Origin: Thermoproteota archaeon
GTDB lineage: Archaea; Thermoproteota; Thermoprotei_A; Sulfolobales; Ignicoccaceae
DNA: 64,000 bases
Assembly (NCBI GenBank): GCA_013154085.1
Contig: JAADDE010000057.1
Span: 8-64,007 of the forward strand
Reading direction: 5' to 3'
The notes beneath the pieces were generated by a model, which was not told where the DNA came from, made no database searches, and was given only the letters and a program-made list of their open reading frames with translations. Made by a program: the position numbers and the translations under genes. Shown here piece after piece: positions 7,751-17,740 of this stretch. How positions within the stretch are numbered: the first letter of the stretch is position 1; the number at the start of each line of letters is the position of its first letter.

Positions 7751-10700
7751 CTAGCCATACGTGAGTATTGGAATTCCTAGAGTGGTGGCGGTGTTGTTTG
7801 AGATCACTAGAAGCGTCTGCGTCATTAATGTTGCTAACTTGGTTATGGTAGTTGTTATAACGCTGATGAGAGTCTGCTGGACAGCGAGGGTGAACGTGCT
7901 TATCGTGGTGGACGTTATCTTTATTGTGACATAATTGGTCAATTGACTTGTCACGGTCTTAAATATCGGTACCACGACGGTCTCCGTTACGTATCTGGGT
8001 ATCTCGGTGGTCAGCGTAATCACCGACGTTATTACATTGGTTATGGTAGAAGTCACGGTTGTTGTGAGCAACTCCTTTAATGGCAAGAGCAAGGTAGTCG
8101 TCACGCGCTCGAAAGTGGTTAGGGTGACTGTTAGAGGTAGCGTAACTATCTGAGTGACATAGCCGAGCATCGTAGTTGTATTAGTGATCAAACTGGTTAT
8201 CGTTTCTACGACGGTAGTCGTGACAGTCGTTGTGGCCAGGATCGGGACTATGGCAGTCTTCGTTACGTAGCTAATGATCGTCTGTGGCAACGCGGCCAAG
8301 ACGGTGGCCACAACCGTGCTGGTCTCGGTAAACGTTATTGTTATGAAGTGATCGAGGGTTACCGTGGTAGTTGTAGTCACAATTACAGCAATCATCTGAG
8401 TGAGGACGGATGTTGTGGTTACGTATACAGTCTTCGGCACTTGAGCCAGCGAGATCAGTGTGGTAGTTGTCGTGGTTCCGCTTGTTACGGTTATCGTTTT
8501 GAAGAGCGTCGCCCAGCTAGTCACCACCAAACTGACGAGCCTCTCAACAGTGGTCGTTAGGGTGCTCGTCACAGTTTTCGTAACGAATACGACCTCTCTA
8601 ACCGTGGTCGTTATTGGAACGGTCTGGTTTAAGGTTACTGTTATATAGCGTTCGAGGGGGAGCAGGTTACTTAATGTGATGGTCACAGTCGTGACGTTGC
8701 TTATGGGAACGGTAAGAATCTTGGTTAACACTGTCGATATTACCTTTGTGAGGCTCAGCGTAATCGGTTCGACGGCGGTTAGAGTAGTGGTTGTGGTGTA
8801 GGTCTCCGTTACTAAGGATACTTCAGTTACGGTCGTGGTTATCAGCTTAGTTACGGTTGTCGTGAGGAAGGTGTGAAGCGCAAGCAACTGGGTTACGGTC
8901 GTTATGATAGTTGTCGTAAGGGTTCTCGTAATAGTGATCAGCGAAGTTAGGGTGGTAGATACCGGCAGCACGAGGGTCTTGGTGGTTAGCGAAGTGAGCG
9001 TCTGAGTTACGGTTACATAGCTTGTGATGATATTATTCAAAGGAATCATGATAGTCTTTGTTATGAAGTTGGGTGCGCACGTGCCTCTGAGGAATATCGG
9101 CTCTACGAAGGTCTTTGTTACCGTAGTTGTTACCGTGTGGTACAGCGTCAGGTAGCTGACCAGCGTGTGAGGTAGGGTGACCAGCACGGTTACTGTGGTT
9201 GTGAGAACGTTGGTTAATGTCGTAGTGAAGGTCTGAATGCTAGTAACGGTCAACAGACTAATCAGTGTTGCATAGCTGGTGGTAGTTGTTGTGTTGAACA
9301 GCGTTAGAGGCACTAAGCTGGTGACGGTTAGAACCGAAGTAACCGTCTTGAGGACAGTAGTGGTCAGCAGGGAGGTCACCGTCTCCAGCAGAGTGGCAGT
9401 GCTGGTCGTCGTGGCAGTAACCGTGGTCGTCGCGATCACTGGCACAATCTTTGTAATTTCCACTACTTTGGTAAGCGCGGTAGCTACCGTATTCAGTATA
9501 GGAGAGGTAACTGTAATTACAGCGCTTACTAAGTGAGTTAGTGTGACTGTAAGCGTCGTTGTCAGAGTGGTAGGTACGGTGCTCAGCGAGGTGACAGTAA
9601 AGGTTGCAGTTACGGTGGTCGTTGACGTAACTGTCGTAGTTATGAACTCAGTTATCGTTATGTAGGTGGTGGTCCTCAATGCTACTAGTATCTCCTTCGA
9701 GATCGTTATCGTTTTTGTCAAAGTCTCTACAAAGGTCAGAGGCATGGCAACTGTGAGGGTAGTTATCGACGTAACCGGAGACGTTACAACATAGGTTATC
9801 AGCTGGGTTACTGTGTTCGTTATAGTGCTGAAGAGCGTCGTTGTAACGAACCTCTCGACACTCATTAAGATTGTTGCCGTGGTCGTTAACGTCTTGAACA
9901 AAGTCGTGGTAAGGGTCATAACTGAGGTAACTGTCTGGGTCAGCGTTTCTAGGACTGTTTTGGTCACGTTGACTGTGCTGACCAGCGTTAAGGTGGTGGT
10001 TACGGCCGTGGTTACGGTCCGGACCAGCTCCGCTATGCCGTAGGTAACCGTGTAGACTGTCCCGTTTAGGACAATTGTAGACGTAGTGATTGGAGTTATA
10101 ATATTACTGACGCTGGGCACGCTTACAGTGGCAGTTACAGCCGTAGCTATTGTTGTGTTGTCTACTGTCAGCGTTACTGAGGTGGTGAACGCGTAGGGGA
10201 CAGCGGTTATGGGGGCTCCGGCCGCTGCCAGGCCGCGCGGCCACGCCACCTCCACCGGTACCGGCACGAGCTTCAAAGAAGTAGTAACCAAGGTCTTGAT
10301 TATAGGTATCTCCTTCAGTATTGTCACTGTCGTGGTCTTGGTCGTGGTAACTAGTTGCGTTACTACGGTGGTAAGCGTGCTGGTTACGGTGAAGAACTTG
10401 TTGCAGTAGAGCACGCTCACAGTCTTCACGAGCGGCTGTGGCTGTATGCCCTTCAACAAGGCTAAGCCTATCAAGGCGGTGGGCGAGTAGTACTTCCTCA
10501 CCAGCGGCTCAACGTACTTCGCCTCGGGGAAGCCCCTGAGGACTAAGTCGTCCAGCAGCCAGCCTAAGCCGTCTGGGCTGAGGGCCAGCGACGGCACCGC
10601 CTTCCAAGCCCTTTCAAGCCCTATTCTCTTCTCCAAGAGGTATTCGGCCACGGCCAGCTTCCTGATCCACGAATCCACTCTGGGAGAGCCCTTCCCAACC

Positions 10701-11203
10701 GCTAGGAGGTGGTAGTACGCTTCGAGTGCTTTATCGTTGTTATTTCCGATGTTGTTAACGACAAATTTCTCTAACTTAGGAATCAGAAGAGTTAGCTGTT
10801 GCAAGGAGTACGGGCACTCGGCGGCGTACTTAGCCCTTGCTAAGATGAACTCGGCCAGCGGGCTCTGAGCGAAGTTGTTCTCCCCGATCTCATCTATTAT
10901 CTCCGAGAGACCGATACAATCCTTTCCAAGGGCAGATAGGGTCAGCAAGCCGTAGGAGGCCTCCTCGTAGAGTCCCAGCCTCGCCGCTTCGAAAACCAGT
11001 TGCTCCACCTTAGCTGAGAGTTGCGCCGCGAACTCGGGATCCAGCTTGTAACCCAAGAGGTTCAATGCTGTCAAGGACGTATACGTATACTTAAGGTCAA
11101 CAGGCCTCGAGGGCACCAAGCTGCTCAAGGCGAGTTGCGTCACGTTCTCTGCGGCCAGCGCAGCAACGGCCAGCGCGAGGGCGAGCATAACGGCGCGCTT
11201 CAT
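7751..11203 (-). CDS. Very large secreted Thr/Val-rich protein: helical N-domain plus ~890-aa low-complexity stalk
   Basis: Signal peptide MKRAVMLALALAVAALAA; uninterrupted ORF; T/V/L/I/S-dominated region with several N-x-T sequons. Confidence 0.8.
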   Translation of the reverse strand: MKRAVMLALALAVAALAAENVTQLALSSLVPSRPVDLKYTYTSLTALNLLGYKLDPEFAAQLSAKVEQLVFEAARLGLYEEASYGLLTLSALGKDCIGLSEIIDEIGENNFAQSPLAEFILARAKYAAECPYSLQQLTLLIPKLEKFVVNNIGNNNDKALEAYYHLLAVGKGSPRVDSWIRKLAVAEYLLEKRIGLERAWKAVPSLALSPDGLGWLLDDLVLRGFPEAKYVEPLVRKYYSPTALIGLALLKGIQPQPLVKTVSVLYCNKFFTVTSTLTTVVTQLVTTTKTTTVTILKEIPIIKTLVTTSLKLVPVPVEVAWPRGLAAAGAPITAVPYAFTTSVTLTVDNTTIATAVTATVSVPSVSNIITPITTSTIVLNGTVYTVTYGIAELVRTVTTAVTTTLTLVSTVNVTKTVLETLTQTVTSVMTLTTTLFKTLTTTATILMSVERFVTTTLFSTITNTVTQLITYVVTSPVTSITTLTVAMPLTFVETLTKTITISKEILVALRTTTYITITEFITTTVTSTTTVTATFTVTSLSTVPTTLTTTLTVTLTHLVSAVITVTSPILNTVATALTKVVEITKIVPVIATTTVTATTTSTATLLETVTSLLTTTVLKTVTSVLTVTSLVPLTLFNTTTTTSYATLISLLTVTSIQTFTTTLTNVLTTTVTVLVTLPHTLVSYLTLYHTVTTTVTKTFVEPIFLRGTCAPNFITKTIMIPLNNIITSYVTVTQTLTSLTTKTLVLPVSTTLTSLITITRTLTTTIITTVTQLLALHTFLTTTVTKLITTTVTEVSLVTETYTTTTTLTAVEPITLSLTKVISTVLTKILTVPISNVTTVTITLSNLLPLERYITVTLNQTVPITTTVREVVFVTKTVTSTLTTTVERLVSLVVTSWATLFKTITVTSGTTTTTTLISLAQVPKTVYVTTTSVLTQMIAVIVTTTTTVTLDHFITITFTETSTVVATVLAALPQTIISYVTKTAIVPILATTTVTTTVVETITSLITNTTTMLGYVTQIVTLPLTVTLTTFERVTTTLLLPLKELLTTTVTSTITNVITSVITLTTEIPRYVTETVVVPIFKTVTSQLTNYVTIKITSTTISTFTLAVQQTLISVITTTITKLATLMTQTLLVISNNTATTLGIPILTYG

Positions 11204-11252
11204 TCTAGTACCCGAAGAGGGGGCGACGGAAAGTCTCAAAAGGGTTATTGGC

Positions 11253-11303
11253 TCGCTCCCGGGAGCTCCTCACCAGCTCGGCCGAAATCCGATCGCTCAT
11301 CGC
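11253..11303 (-). ncRNA. Box C/D guide sRNA (double guide to 16S)
   Basis: C GCGATGA, guide GCGATCGGATTTCGG, D' CCGA, GCTG, C' GTGAGGA, guide GCTCCCGGGA, D GCGA. Guides complement adjacent parts of 16S CGAAAUCCGAUaaUCCCGGGAG. Confidence 0.72.
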
Positions 11304-11351
11304 CTATGCCGATAAACCCCGCCTCCCTTTAACTCCCCCGGGAGAGAATCC

Positions 11352-12053
11352 ATGGCAAGCCTGAAGCTGACCTACTTCGGCCACTCCACGTTCCACCTAG
11401 ACCTCGAAGGCACTGGAATAATAATTGACCCTTGGATTACGAACCCCTTATCCAAGATCTCTATCGATGATTATATAAACAACTTCAAGACGGACCTAGT
11501 CGTCATCACCCACGCTCACGAGGACCATATGGGCGACGCTGTGGAAATACTGAAGAGAACCGGGGCGAAGTTCTTTGCTATACACGAGATCTACGTATAC
11601 TTATCAGAGAAGGGATTCCAAGGAATCGGAGCGAACATAGGCGGGCCGGCCCGCCTCGACGACGTCGCCCCCGGCTTGGGCGTGGCGCTGACCCCCGCGA
11701 CCCACTCCAGCTACGACAAGGGCGCTCCTACGGGCGTATTGATATTCAAGGACGGAGAGGCGTTGGTGTACCACGCCGGCGACACCGGGCTGTTCGCGGA
11801 GATGCAGTTCATAGGAGACCTCTACGCACCCAAGATAGCGCTGTTGCCTATCGGAGGCCACTACACTATGGACATAAAGCAAGCCGTGCTGGCTACGAAG
11901 CTGTTGAAGCCTAAGGTCGCGGTGCCCATGCACTACAACACCTTCCCGCCCATAAGGGCCGACCCGTTTGAGTTCAAGAATGAGGTGGAGTCCGCCGGCC
12001 TGGCGGAGGTAAGGGTCATGGAGCCCGGGGAGACTGCAACCTTCAATTTCTGA
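11352..12053 (+). CDS. Metal-dependent hydrolase, metallo-beta-lactamase fold (UPF0173)
   Basis: GHSTF, IDPW, THAHEDH, YHAGDT, PIGG, PMHYNTF. Confidence 0.92.
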   Translation: MASLKLTYFGHSTFHLDLEGTGIIIDPWITNPLSKISIDDYINNFKTDLVVITHAHEDHMGDAVEILKRTGAKFFAIHEIYVYLSEKGFQGIGANIGGPARLDDVAPGLGVALTPATHSSYDKGAPTGVLIFKDGEALVYHAGDTGLFAEMQFIGDLYAPKIALLPIGGHYTMDIKQAVLATKLLKPKVAVPMHYNTFPPIRADPFEFKNEVESAGLAEVRVMEPGETATFNF

Positions 12054-12079
12054 GCACTGCCGCGCTCAGGGAGCCGCGC

Positions 12080-12925
12080 TTGGTGCCGGTGGCAGATGCC
12101 CACACACACTCCAATCCCGTCAAAGGCTTGGGCATGGAAAAGATCGCGCCCAAGTTCAAGGAAGCCGGAGGTTGGTTCTTGGCAGTGGTGGGCTTGAGCC
12201 CGTGGCACTACGGCATGGAAGGGACGCTGGAGAACTACGAGAGGGCGCTGAAAGTAGTGCTGGCCGAGGCCGAGAGGGCGAGGGAGGCCGGGCTAAAGGC
12301 CTCAGCCCTTTTCGGATTTCACCCGGCCGACGTGGACAAGTTGCTGGGCTCGATGAGCCCGGAGGAGGTGCTGAGCAGAGGGCTCGAGGTGCTGAAAATT
12401 GTCGAAAAGTACTTGGCTAAGGGAGATCTCGACGGGGTAGGCGAAGTGGGGCGCCAGCATTACAAGACCACGCCAGTGGCAGTGGTTATTTCTGAGATGA
12501 TAATGAACAGGGCGTTAGAGGTTGCAAGGGACTACGGTGCTGTGGTGCACCTCCATTTAGAGCAGGGCGGAAGGATAACCGCATTGGACATTAAGGATAG
12601 GATCAATAGAACGAACGCCAACAAAGAAAAAGTTGTGGTGCACCACGCTCGGGGCAAGAGCCTCGAGGCCGCCGTGGAGGAGGGGCTCGTAGCCACCGTG
12701 CCTGGGGTGAAGGGCAGTCTGGAGAGGGCAGTGAAGCTCGAACCTCTCTACATGATAGAGAGCGACCACATAGACGATCCTAAGAGGCCCGGCGTAGTTG
12801 TATATCCTTGGGAAATGGCAAGGGTCCAGAGAGAGCTGTTAGAAGAAGGCTTGGTCGATGAGGACTATCTGTGGAAGATAAATGTAGAGAACATTAAGAG
12901 GACCTACGGCGTGGAAGGTCCATAA
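12080..12925 (+). CDS. TatD-related metal-dependent hydrolase
   Basis: DAHTH, GFHP, GEVGRQHY, HLH, ESD motifs. Confidence 0.8.
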   Translation: MVPVADAHTHSNPVKGLGMEKIAPKFKEAGGWFLAVVGLSPWHYGMEGTLENYERALKVVLAEAERAREAGLKASALFGFHPADVDKLLGSMSPEEVLSRGLEVLKIVEKYLAKGDLDGVGEVGRQHYKTTPVAVVISEMIMNRALEVARDYGAVVHLHLEQGGRITALDIKDRINRTNANKEKVVVHHARGKSLEAAVEEGLVATVPGVKGSLERAVKLEPLYMIESDHIDDPKRPGVVVYPWEMARVQRELLEEGLVDEDYLWKINVENIKRTYGVEGP

Positions 12926-12962
12926 GAACTGGCCAAGCTCATTCCCCCGGAGGTGTAGCGGA

Positions 12963-15101
12963 GTGCCGCTTACGGCCGAAGAGCTCGAGCTGATAAGGAA
13001 AGGCTTGGGGAGGGAGCCCAACAAAGTAGAGCTGGCGATGTTCGAGGCCCAGTGGAGCGAGCACTGCTCCTACAAGAGCTCGAGGAGACACCTCCGAAAG
13101 CTGGCTATGAGCGCGCCGTGGGTGGTGAAGGGGGGAGACGCGGCTGTCATCGACTTTGGAAAGGTATATGTAGCATTCAGAATAGAGAGCCACAACCATC
13201 CCTCGGCCGTGGATCCCTACAACGGCGCCGCCACTGGAGTCGGCGGCATAATAAGGGATATCTTGAGCTCCGGGGCAAAGCCGATAGCCCTGCTGGATGA
13301 CCTGATCTTTGGGGATCTAAAGGAGAACTTGGTAAAGTGGCACGTCAAGGGAGTAGTCAAAGGCATCTCTGACTACGGCAACCGCGTCGGGGTGCCGACC
13401 GTCGGTGGGGAAACTTGGTTCGACCCAGACTTCACGAGGAATCCTATGGTGTCGGCGGCGTGTATAGGTGTATGTCCAAAGGACAAGCTGATAAACGGCA
13501 CCCCGAAGCCCGGCGACTTGATCGTGATCGCCGGCAACTACACGGGCAAGGACGGTTTGCTGGGATCTTCTTTCGCCTCCAAAAATCTGGAGGAGGGCGT
13601 CGAGGAGGAGTACGCGGCAATCCAAGTACCGGACCCGCTGATGGAGAAGCTCCTCATAGATTCGATACTGGAGGCGAGGGACAGGAGACTGCTGGTGTTT
13701 GTAAAGGACTTAGGTGGCGGCGGCCTTGCCACCGCGCTCAGCGAGGTGGCGGCAGCGTTCGGACTAGGGGTGGAGGCACACCTAGACAAGCTACACCTAA
13801 GGGAGCCCATGGAAGCGTGGGAGATCGTGGTTTCCGAGAGCCAAGAGAGGATGATGTTGGTTGTGGAACAGCAGAAGCTTCCAGAGCTCCAGAAGGTGCT
13901 GGAGAAGTACGACGTGCCCTACAGCGTCATAGGAAGGTTTACGGAAGACGGGAAGGTGAAAGTCTACTTCAAAGGCAAGCTGGTCGCAGAAGTGCCGGCC
14001 AAGTTCCTAGCCGAAGGCCCGGAGCTCGACAGGCCCTACCGCAGGCCGGAGTGGCACTTGGAGCTGGAGCGCTTGCCGGAGCTGCCCGAGGTTGATTTGA
14101 AGGAGGCTTTGCTGAAGGTTCTGAGCTCCCCCAACGTTGCCTCCAAGAGGTGGATCTACGAGCAGTACGACTACGAGGTCCAGATCAGGACGGTCATCAA
14201 GCCCGGCGAGGGAGACGCGGCGGTTCTGAGGTTGCTGGAGGACGAGCCCAGAGGCATTGCCGCGTCGACCGACTCAAACCCGCGCTTCACCTACCTGGAC
14301 CCCCTGCTCGGGGCGGCGGACGTGTTCCTAGAGGCGTACAGAAACGTCGTAGCAACCGGCGGCCGGCCGCTGGCCGCGGTAGATCAAATAGACGCCGGCA
14401 ACCCGGAGAAGCCCGACCGCTTCTGGTTCTTCGTGAGGATGGTTGACGGCCTCGCGTGGGTCGAGAGGGAGACCGGCGTCCCAATAGTAGGGGGAAAGGT
14501 CAGCTTCTATAACGAGGACGAGGTCAGCGGCAAGCAGATAAAGCCGACAGTCATGATAACTATGATAGGCAAGGTAGAAAACGTGTACTACGCTAAGAGG
14601 GCGATGGCCGAAGAGGGGGACCTGCTCATTTTGGTGGGCGAGACCTTCCCAGAGCTCGGCGGTAGCGAGTACTTGTGGGCCGTCCACGGCTTAGTGAGGG
14701 GCAAGCCACCGCTACCTAGGCCTAGGACAGAGGTCAAGAGCGCCGAGGCGGTTCTGGAGTCCATGAAGGTTTCTGGGGTCACCGGGGTGCACGACATCTC
14801 TGTGGGAGGGCTGGCAGTTGCGGCTGCAGAAATGGTTAGGGGCAAAGGAGCCACGCTGTTCCTCGACCGCGTTAAGGGTCAGTGGAGCGAGCCTCGAGAG
14901 GCGCTGTTCTCGGAGAGCGGCGCCCGGTACCTCATAGCGGTGAGGCCTGAAAGCGCCGAGGAAGTGATGAGAATCACCGGAGGCATAGTGGTAGGAGAGG
15001 TGGGAGGAGGATCGCTCAAGGTAGTGTACAAGGACAAAGTAGTGGCAGACGTGGATGGGTTTGAGGAGGCCTTGGAGAGAGGCTTCGAAGAGCTAATCTA
15101 G
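12963..15101 (+). CDS. purL: Phosphoribosylformylglycinamidine synthase subunit PurL
   Basis: WSEHCSYKSS, ESHNHPS, GAATGVGGIIRD, SESQERM, GGKVSFYN. Confidence 0.97.
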   Translation: MPLTAEELELIRKGLGREPNKVELAMFEAQWSEHCSYKSSRRHLRKLAMSAPWVVKGGDAAVIDFGKVYVAFRIESHNHPSAVDPYNGAATGVGGIIRDILSSGAKPIALLDDLIFGDLKENLVKWHVKGVVKGISDYGNRVGVPTVGGETWFDPDFTRNPMVSAACIGVCPKDKLINGTPKPGDLIVIAGNYTGKDGLLGSSFASKNLEEGVEEEYAAIQVPDPLMEKLLIDSILEARDRRLLVFVKDLGGGGLATALSEVAAAFGLGVEAHLDKLHLREPMEAWEIVVSESQERMMLVVEQQKLPELQKVLEKYDVPYSVIGRFTEDGKVKVYFKGKLVAEVPAKFLAEGPELDRPYRRPEWHLELERLPELPEVDLKEALLKVLSSPNVASKRWIYEQYDYEVQIRTVIKPGEGDAAVLRLLEDEPRGIAASTDSNPRFTYLDPLLGAADVFLEAYRNVVATGGRPLAAVDQIDAGNPEKPDRFWFFVRMVDGLAWVERETGVPIVGGKVSFYNEDEVSGKQIKPTVMITMIGKVENVYYAKRAMAEEGDLLILVGETFPELGGSEYLWAVHGLVRGKPPLPRPRTEVKSAEAVLESMKVSGVTGVHDISVGGLAVAAAEMVRGKGATLFLDRVKGQWSEPREALFSESGARYLIAVRPESAEEVMRITGGIVVGEVGGGSLKVVYKDKVVADVDGFEEALERGFEELI

Positions 15102-16160
15102 CGGCGTCCGGCCGGTGCGCAACATCGACTCTATTACGTCTGGACTCTTCTTGTACTTGCGCACTTTCACTACAACCCAGCCGCCCTCCTCTGCCTTTTC
15201 TAAGACCTTTACCTTGACTCCCATGGACCTGGCGTAGTCTAGGTAGCGCTCTAGATCCTCCTCGCTGGGGAACCTCAGCACGAACTCCTCGTGCACCGGC
15301 CTTCCGCTTGCCACAGCCTTGACTGCTTCCGTGGAAGGGCCCAGTATTGCCTTCCCCAGCCACAAGGCCCTCTCCTCGAAGTCCCTTCCCTTGAGGCCTT
15401 CTTCATAAACCTTAAACATTTCTCTTACTATCCTCGGGAACAAATAGTCCTTTCCTTCGTCAAACGGGTAAAGCATTCCTTTCTCTATGTCCCCTATGTT
15501 GGTGTAGGAGCCCGTGTACTTTGCGGGAACCCTCTTGTAAAGGGGATCTTTTAGGACGACGCCCTCCCTTCCTTCAGCGTCGAAAGCGTCTATTATCTCC
15601 TTCACCCTTCCCGGCGCCTCGTCGGGAGGAAAGGTCCCCAGCAGCCTAACGCTCTTCAGCCCGAACCTCCTAACTAATTCGTGACGTTCCTCGACGGGCA
15701 TCTGCTTCCACGAGTCTCCCTCTTTGACGAAAATGTCGAAGATGAAGTAATCGAACTCCGGCGCCTCTGGGTAGCGGACCCTCACGTAGGGGTTCTCTTC
15801 TCCGACCACCTCACCGGCCACGAAGCTGCCCTCCGGAAGCTCTTCGAGCAACGCCTTCAGCTCCTCTCCGTAGATCGCCCGGAGCCTGGCGTTCGTGTAG
15901 GGGCACAGGTGCCCGCCTCTGGTAACAGCGAAGACCTCGCCGCCGACCTCCACTACGCGCACGTTGTAGCCGTTCATCTTCTCTTCTACGGACACGCCTT
16001 CGGGGAAGTAGTGAGGTAGCTTCGAGAGCAGCACTAAACGCTGTATGGAAGGGTATCCGGGGACGACCTTAACGTCCCCGCTGTAGTAGATCAGCACCGC
16101 CCCCTTGCCTCCCCACTTGCCCTTCTTCAACGGCACGTACTTCGCTCCGCCGTACTCCAA
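15093..16160 (-). CDS. ATP-dependent RNA ligase, Pab1020/Rnl3 family
   Basis: Motif I EKMNGYNVR, TRGGHLCPYT, GEVVG, IFDI, REGVVLK, KYT. Confidence 0.9.
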   Translation of the reverse strand: MEYGGAKYVPLKKGKWGGKGAVLIYYSGDVKVVPGYPSIQRLVLLSKLPHYFPEGVSVEEKMNGYNVRVVEVGGEVFAVTRGGHLCPYTNARLRAIYGEELKALLEELPEGSFVAGEVVGEENPYVRVRYPEAPEFDYFIFDIFVKEGDSWKQMPVEERHELVRRFGLKSVRLLGTFPPDEAPGRVKEIIDAFDAEGREGVVLKDPLYKRVPAKYTGSYTNIGDIEKGMLYPFDEGKDYLFPRIVREMFKVYEEGLKGRDFEERALWLGKAILGPSTEAVKAVASGRPVHEEFVLRFPSEEDLERYLDYARSMGVKVKVLEKAEEGGWVVVKVRKYKKSPDVIESMLRTGRTPLD

Positions 16161-16209
16161 GAGCTCCCTCCCGGGGCGTTGGAAAGGTGTGTATTAATGG
16201 AGGGCCCGC

Positions 16210-17643
16210 TCACTTCTCCATCTTCTTCAAGACTATCTGTGTGTGCGTTCCCACGATCCCCTTGGTGCCCCTTATCGAGTCCAGTATGGCGTTCAGCACC
16301 TTGTGGTCCGGAGCCTCGACCCTCACCAGCAAGTCGTAGTCCCCGGTGACCTCTGCTACTTCCTTTACGCCGTCAACTACGCTCAGCTTCCTCGCAACCG
16401 AGCTTGTGAACGCGTTGCTATCTACCTTTATCCACACCACAGCTTCGATGTTTTCTGTCGCCCTAGGCCTAAGCGCCCTCCCGCTCACCCTTTCTGCGAT
16501 GCTTATCAGAGTGTCGTCCGTTAGGAACTTGAGCTTGCTTTTCTTTATTTCCTCCAGTATTTTCATCAGTGTGTCGTCATCCACCCTTATGCCCAGCTTC
16601 TCTAGCTTCGCCTTCACCGCCTTCTTTCCGGTGTACTTGTCTATCACGTAGTCTCTGCTCCTCCCTATAAGCTCCGGAGGGAACGCCTCGTAGGTCCGGG
16701 GATCGGCCAGAATGCCGGCCACGTGGACTCCGGCCTTATGGAGGAACGCGTAGTCCCCCACTACGGGCATGTTGTAGGGCACCTCTATGCCGGAGTAGCG
16801 TTCCACCATTCTAGTGATTTCCATTAGTCCGCTCAGCTTTATTATTTCCAAGTCGAAGTGCACCTTTACGGCTACTGCAAAGAGCTGAAGGGGAACTATT
16901 CCCACCCTCTCCCCGAGGCCGTTAACGGTCACGTGAACGGCCGTGGCGCCACCCATAACGGCCCCGAAGGCGCTGGCCAGCGCCATTCCCAAGTCGTTGT
17001 GCGCGTGGATGTCGTATTCTACGTTAGGAACGGCTTTTGTCATGTGTTCGAAGAACCTCTGCGCCGTCCACGGCGTCAGCACGCCGACGGTGTCAGCTAA
17101 GCTCACTCTGTCGGCGCCGGCGTCCCTAGCAGTCCTCACCACCTCTTCCAAGTAAGCTAGATCTGCCCTTGAGGCGTCCTCCGCGGTGAAGCGGACCTTC
17201 ACTCCGTAGCTCTTTGCGTATTCAACCATCTCCCCGATGACGCTCAGCGCTTCCTCTCTGGTCTTGCGGTGCTTCGCCTTGAGGTGTATATCGCTGACGC
17301 CGTAGAAGATAGCTATGCGGTCCGGCTCGGTCTCTGCTGCTTTATCTATATCGCTTTTGACCGCCCTGCTGTGAGCTATTATTTCCGCCCTTATCTCGCC
17401 TTCCTTCTTCATCCACGAGATTCTCCTAACGGCCTCGTATACGTCGGGAGCCACGGCCGGGTGACCGGCCTCTATCATGTGCACCCCGAGCTCATCCAGC
17501 TTCTTCGCTATCTCCAGCTTCTGATCGATGGTGAAGGACACGCCGGGCGTCTGCTCGCCCTCCCTTAAGGTGGCGTCCAGCACCTTCACTTTCTCGAAAG
17601 CTGGGCGGTACTTTTTCAATATCTCGGAGAACGGCGTTGCCAA
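16210..17643 (-). CDS. Homocitrate synthase-type DRE-TIM enzyme with C-terminal RAM/Lrp-like regulatory domain
   Basis: DATLREGEQ, HAHNDLG, NGLGERVG, HKAGVH; C-terminal VAEVTGDYDLLVRV RAM motif. Confidence 0.85.
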   Translation of the reverse strand: MATPFSEILKKYRPAFEKVKVLDATLREGEQTPGVSFTIDQKLEIAKKLDELGVHMIEAGHPAVAPDVYEAVRRISWMKKEGEIRAEIIAHSRAVKSDIDKAAETEPDRIAIFYGVSDIHLKAKHRKTREEALSVIGEMVEYAKSYGVKVRFTAEDASRADLAYLEEVVRTARDAGADRVSLADTVGVLTPWTAQRFFEHMTKAVPNVEYDIHAHNDLGMALASAFGAVMGGATAVHVTVNGLGERVGIVPLQLFAVAVKVHFDLEIIKLSGLMEITRMVERYSGIEVPYNMPVVGDYAFLHKAGVHVAGILADPRTYEAFPPELIGRSRDYVIDKYTGKKAVKAKLEKLGIRVDDDTLMKILEEIKKSKLKFLTDDTLISIAERVSGRALRPRATENIEAVVWIKVDSNAFTSSVARKLSVVDGVKEVAEVTGDYDLLVRVEAPDHKVLNAILDSIRGTKGIVGTHTQIVLKKMEK

Positions 17644-17740
17644 GGTAGCTTACCGCCCGGGTCGGTGAGTGGAGATATTAGGTATTTTCCGGGAAGCGCA
17701 TTTAACCATCTCAGTGCACGTCTCCGGAAGGGACGCGGAG

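Noticed and set aside
7751-10420. Low-GC stretch as a horizontally acquired island or mobile element
   Set aside because: Composition is explained by Thr/Val/Ile codon content of a single ORF; no integrase, transposase or flanking repeats
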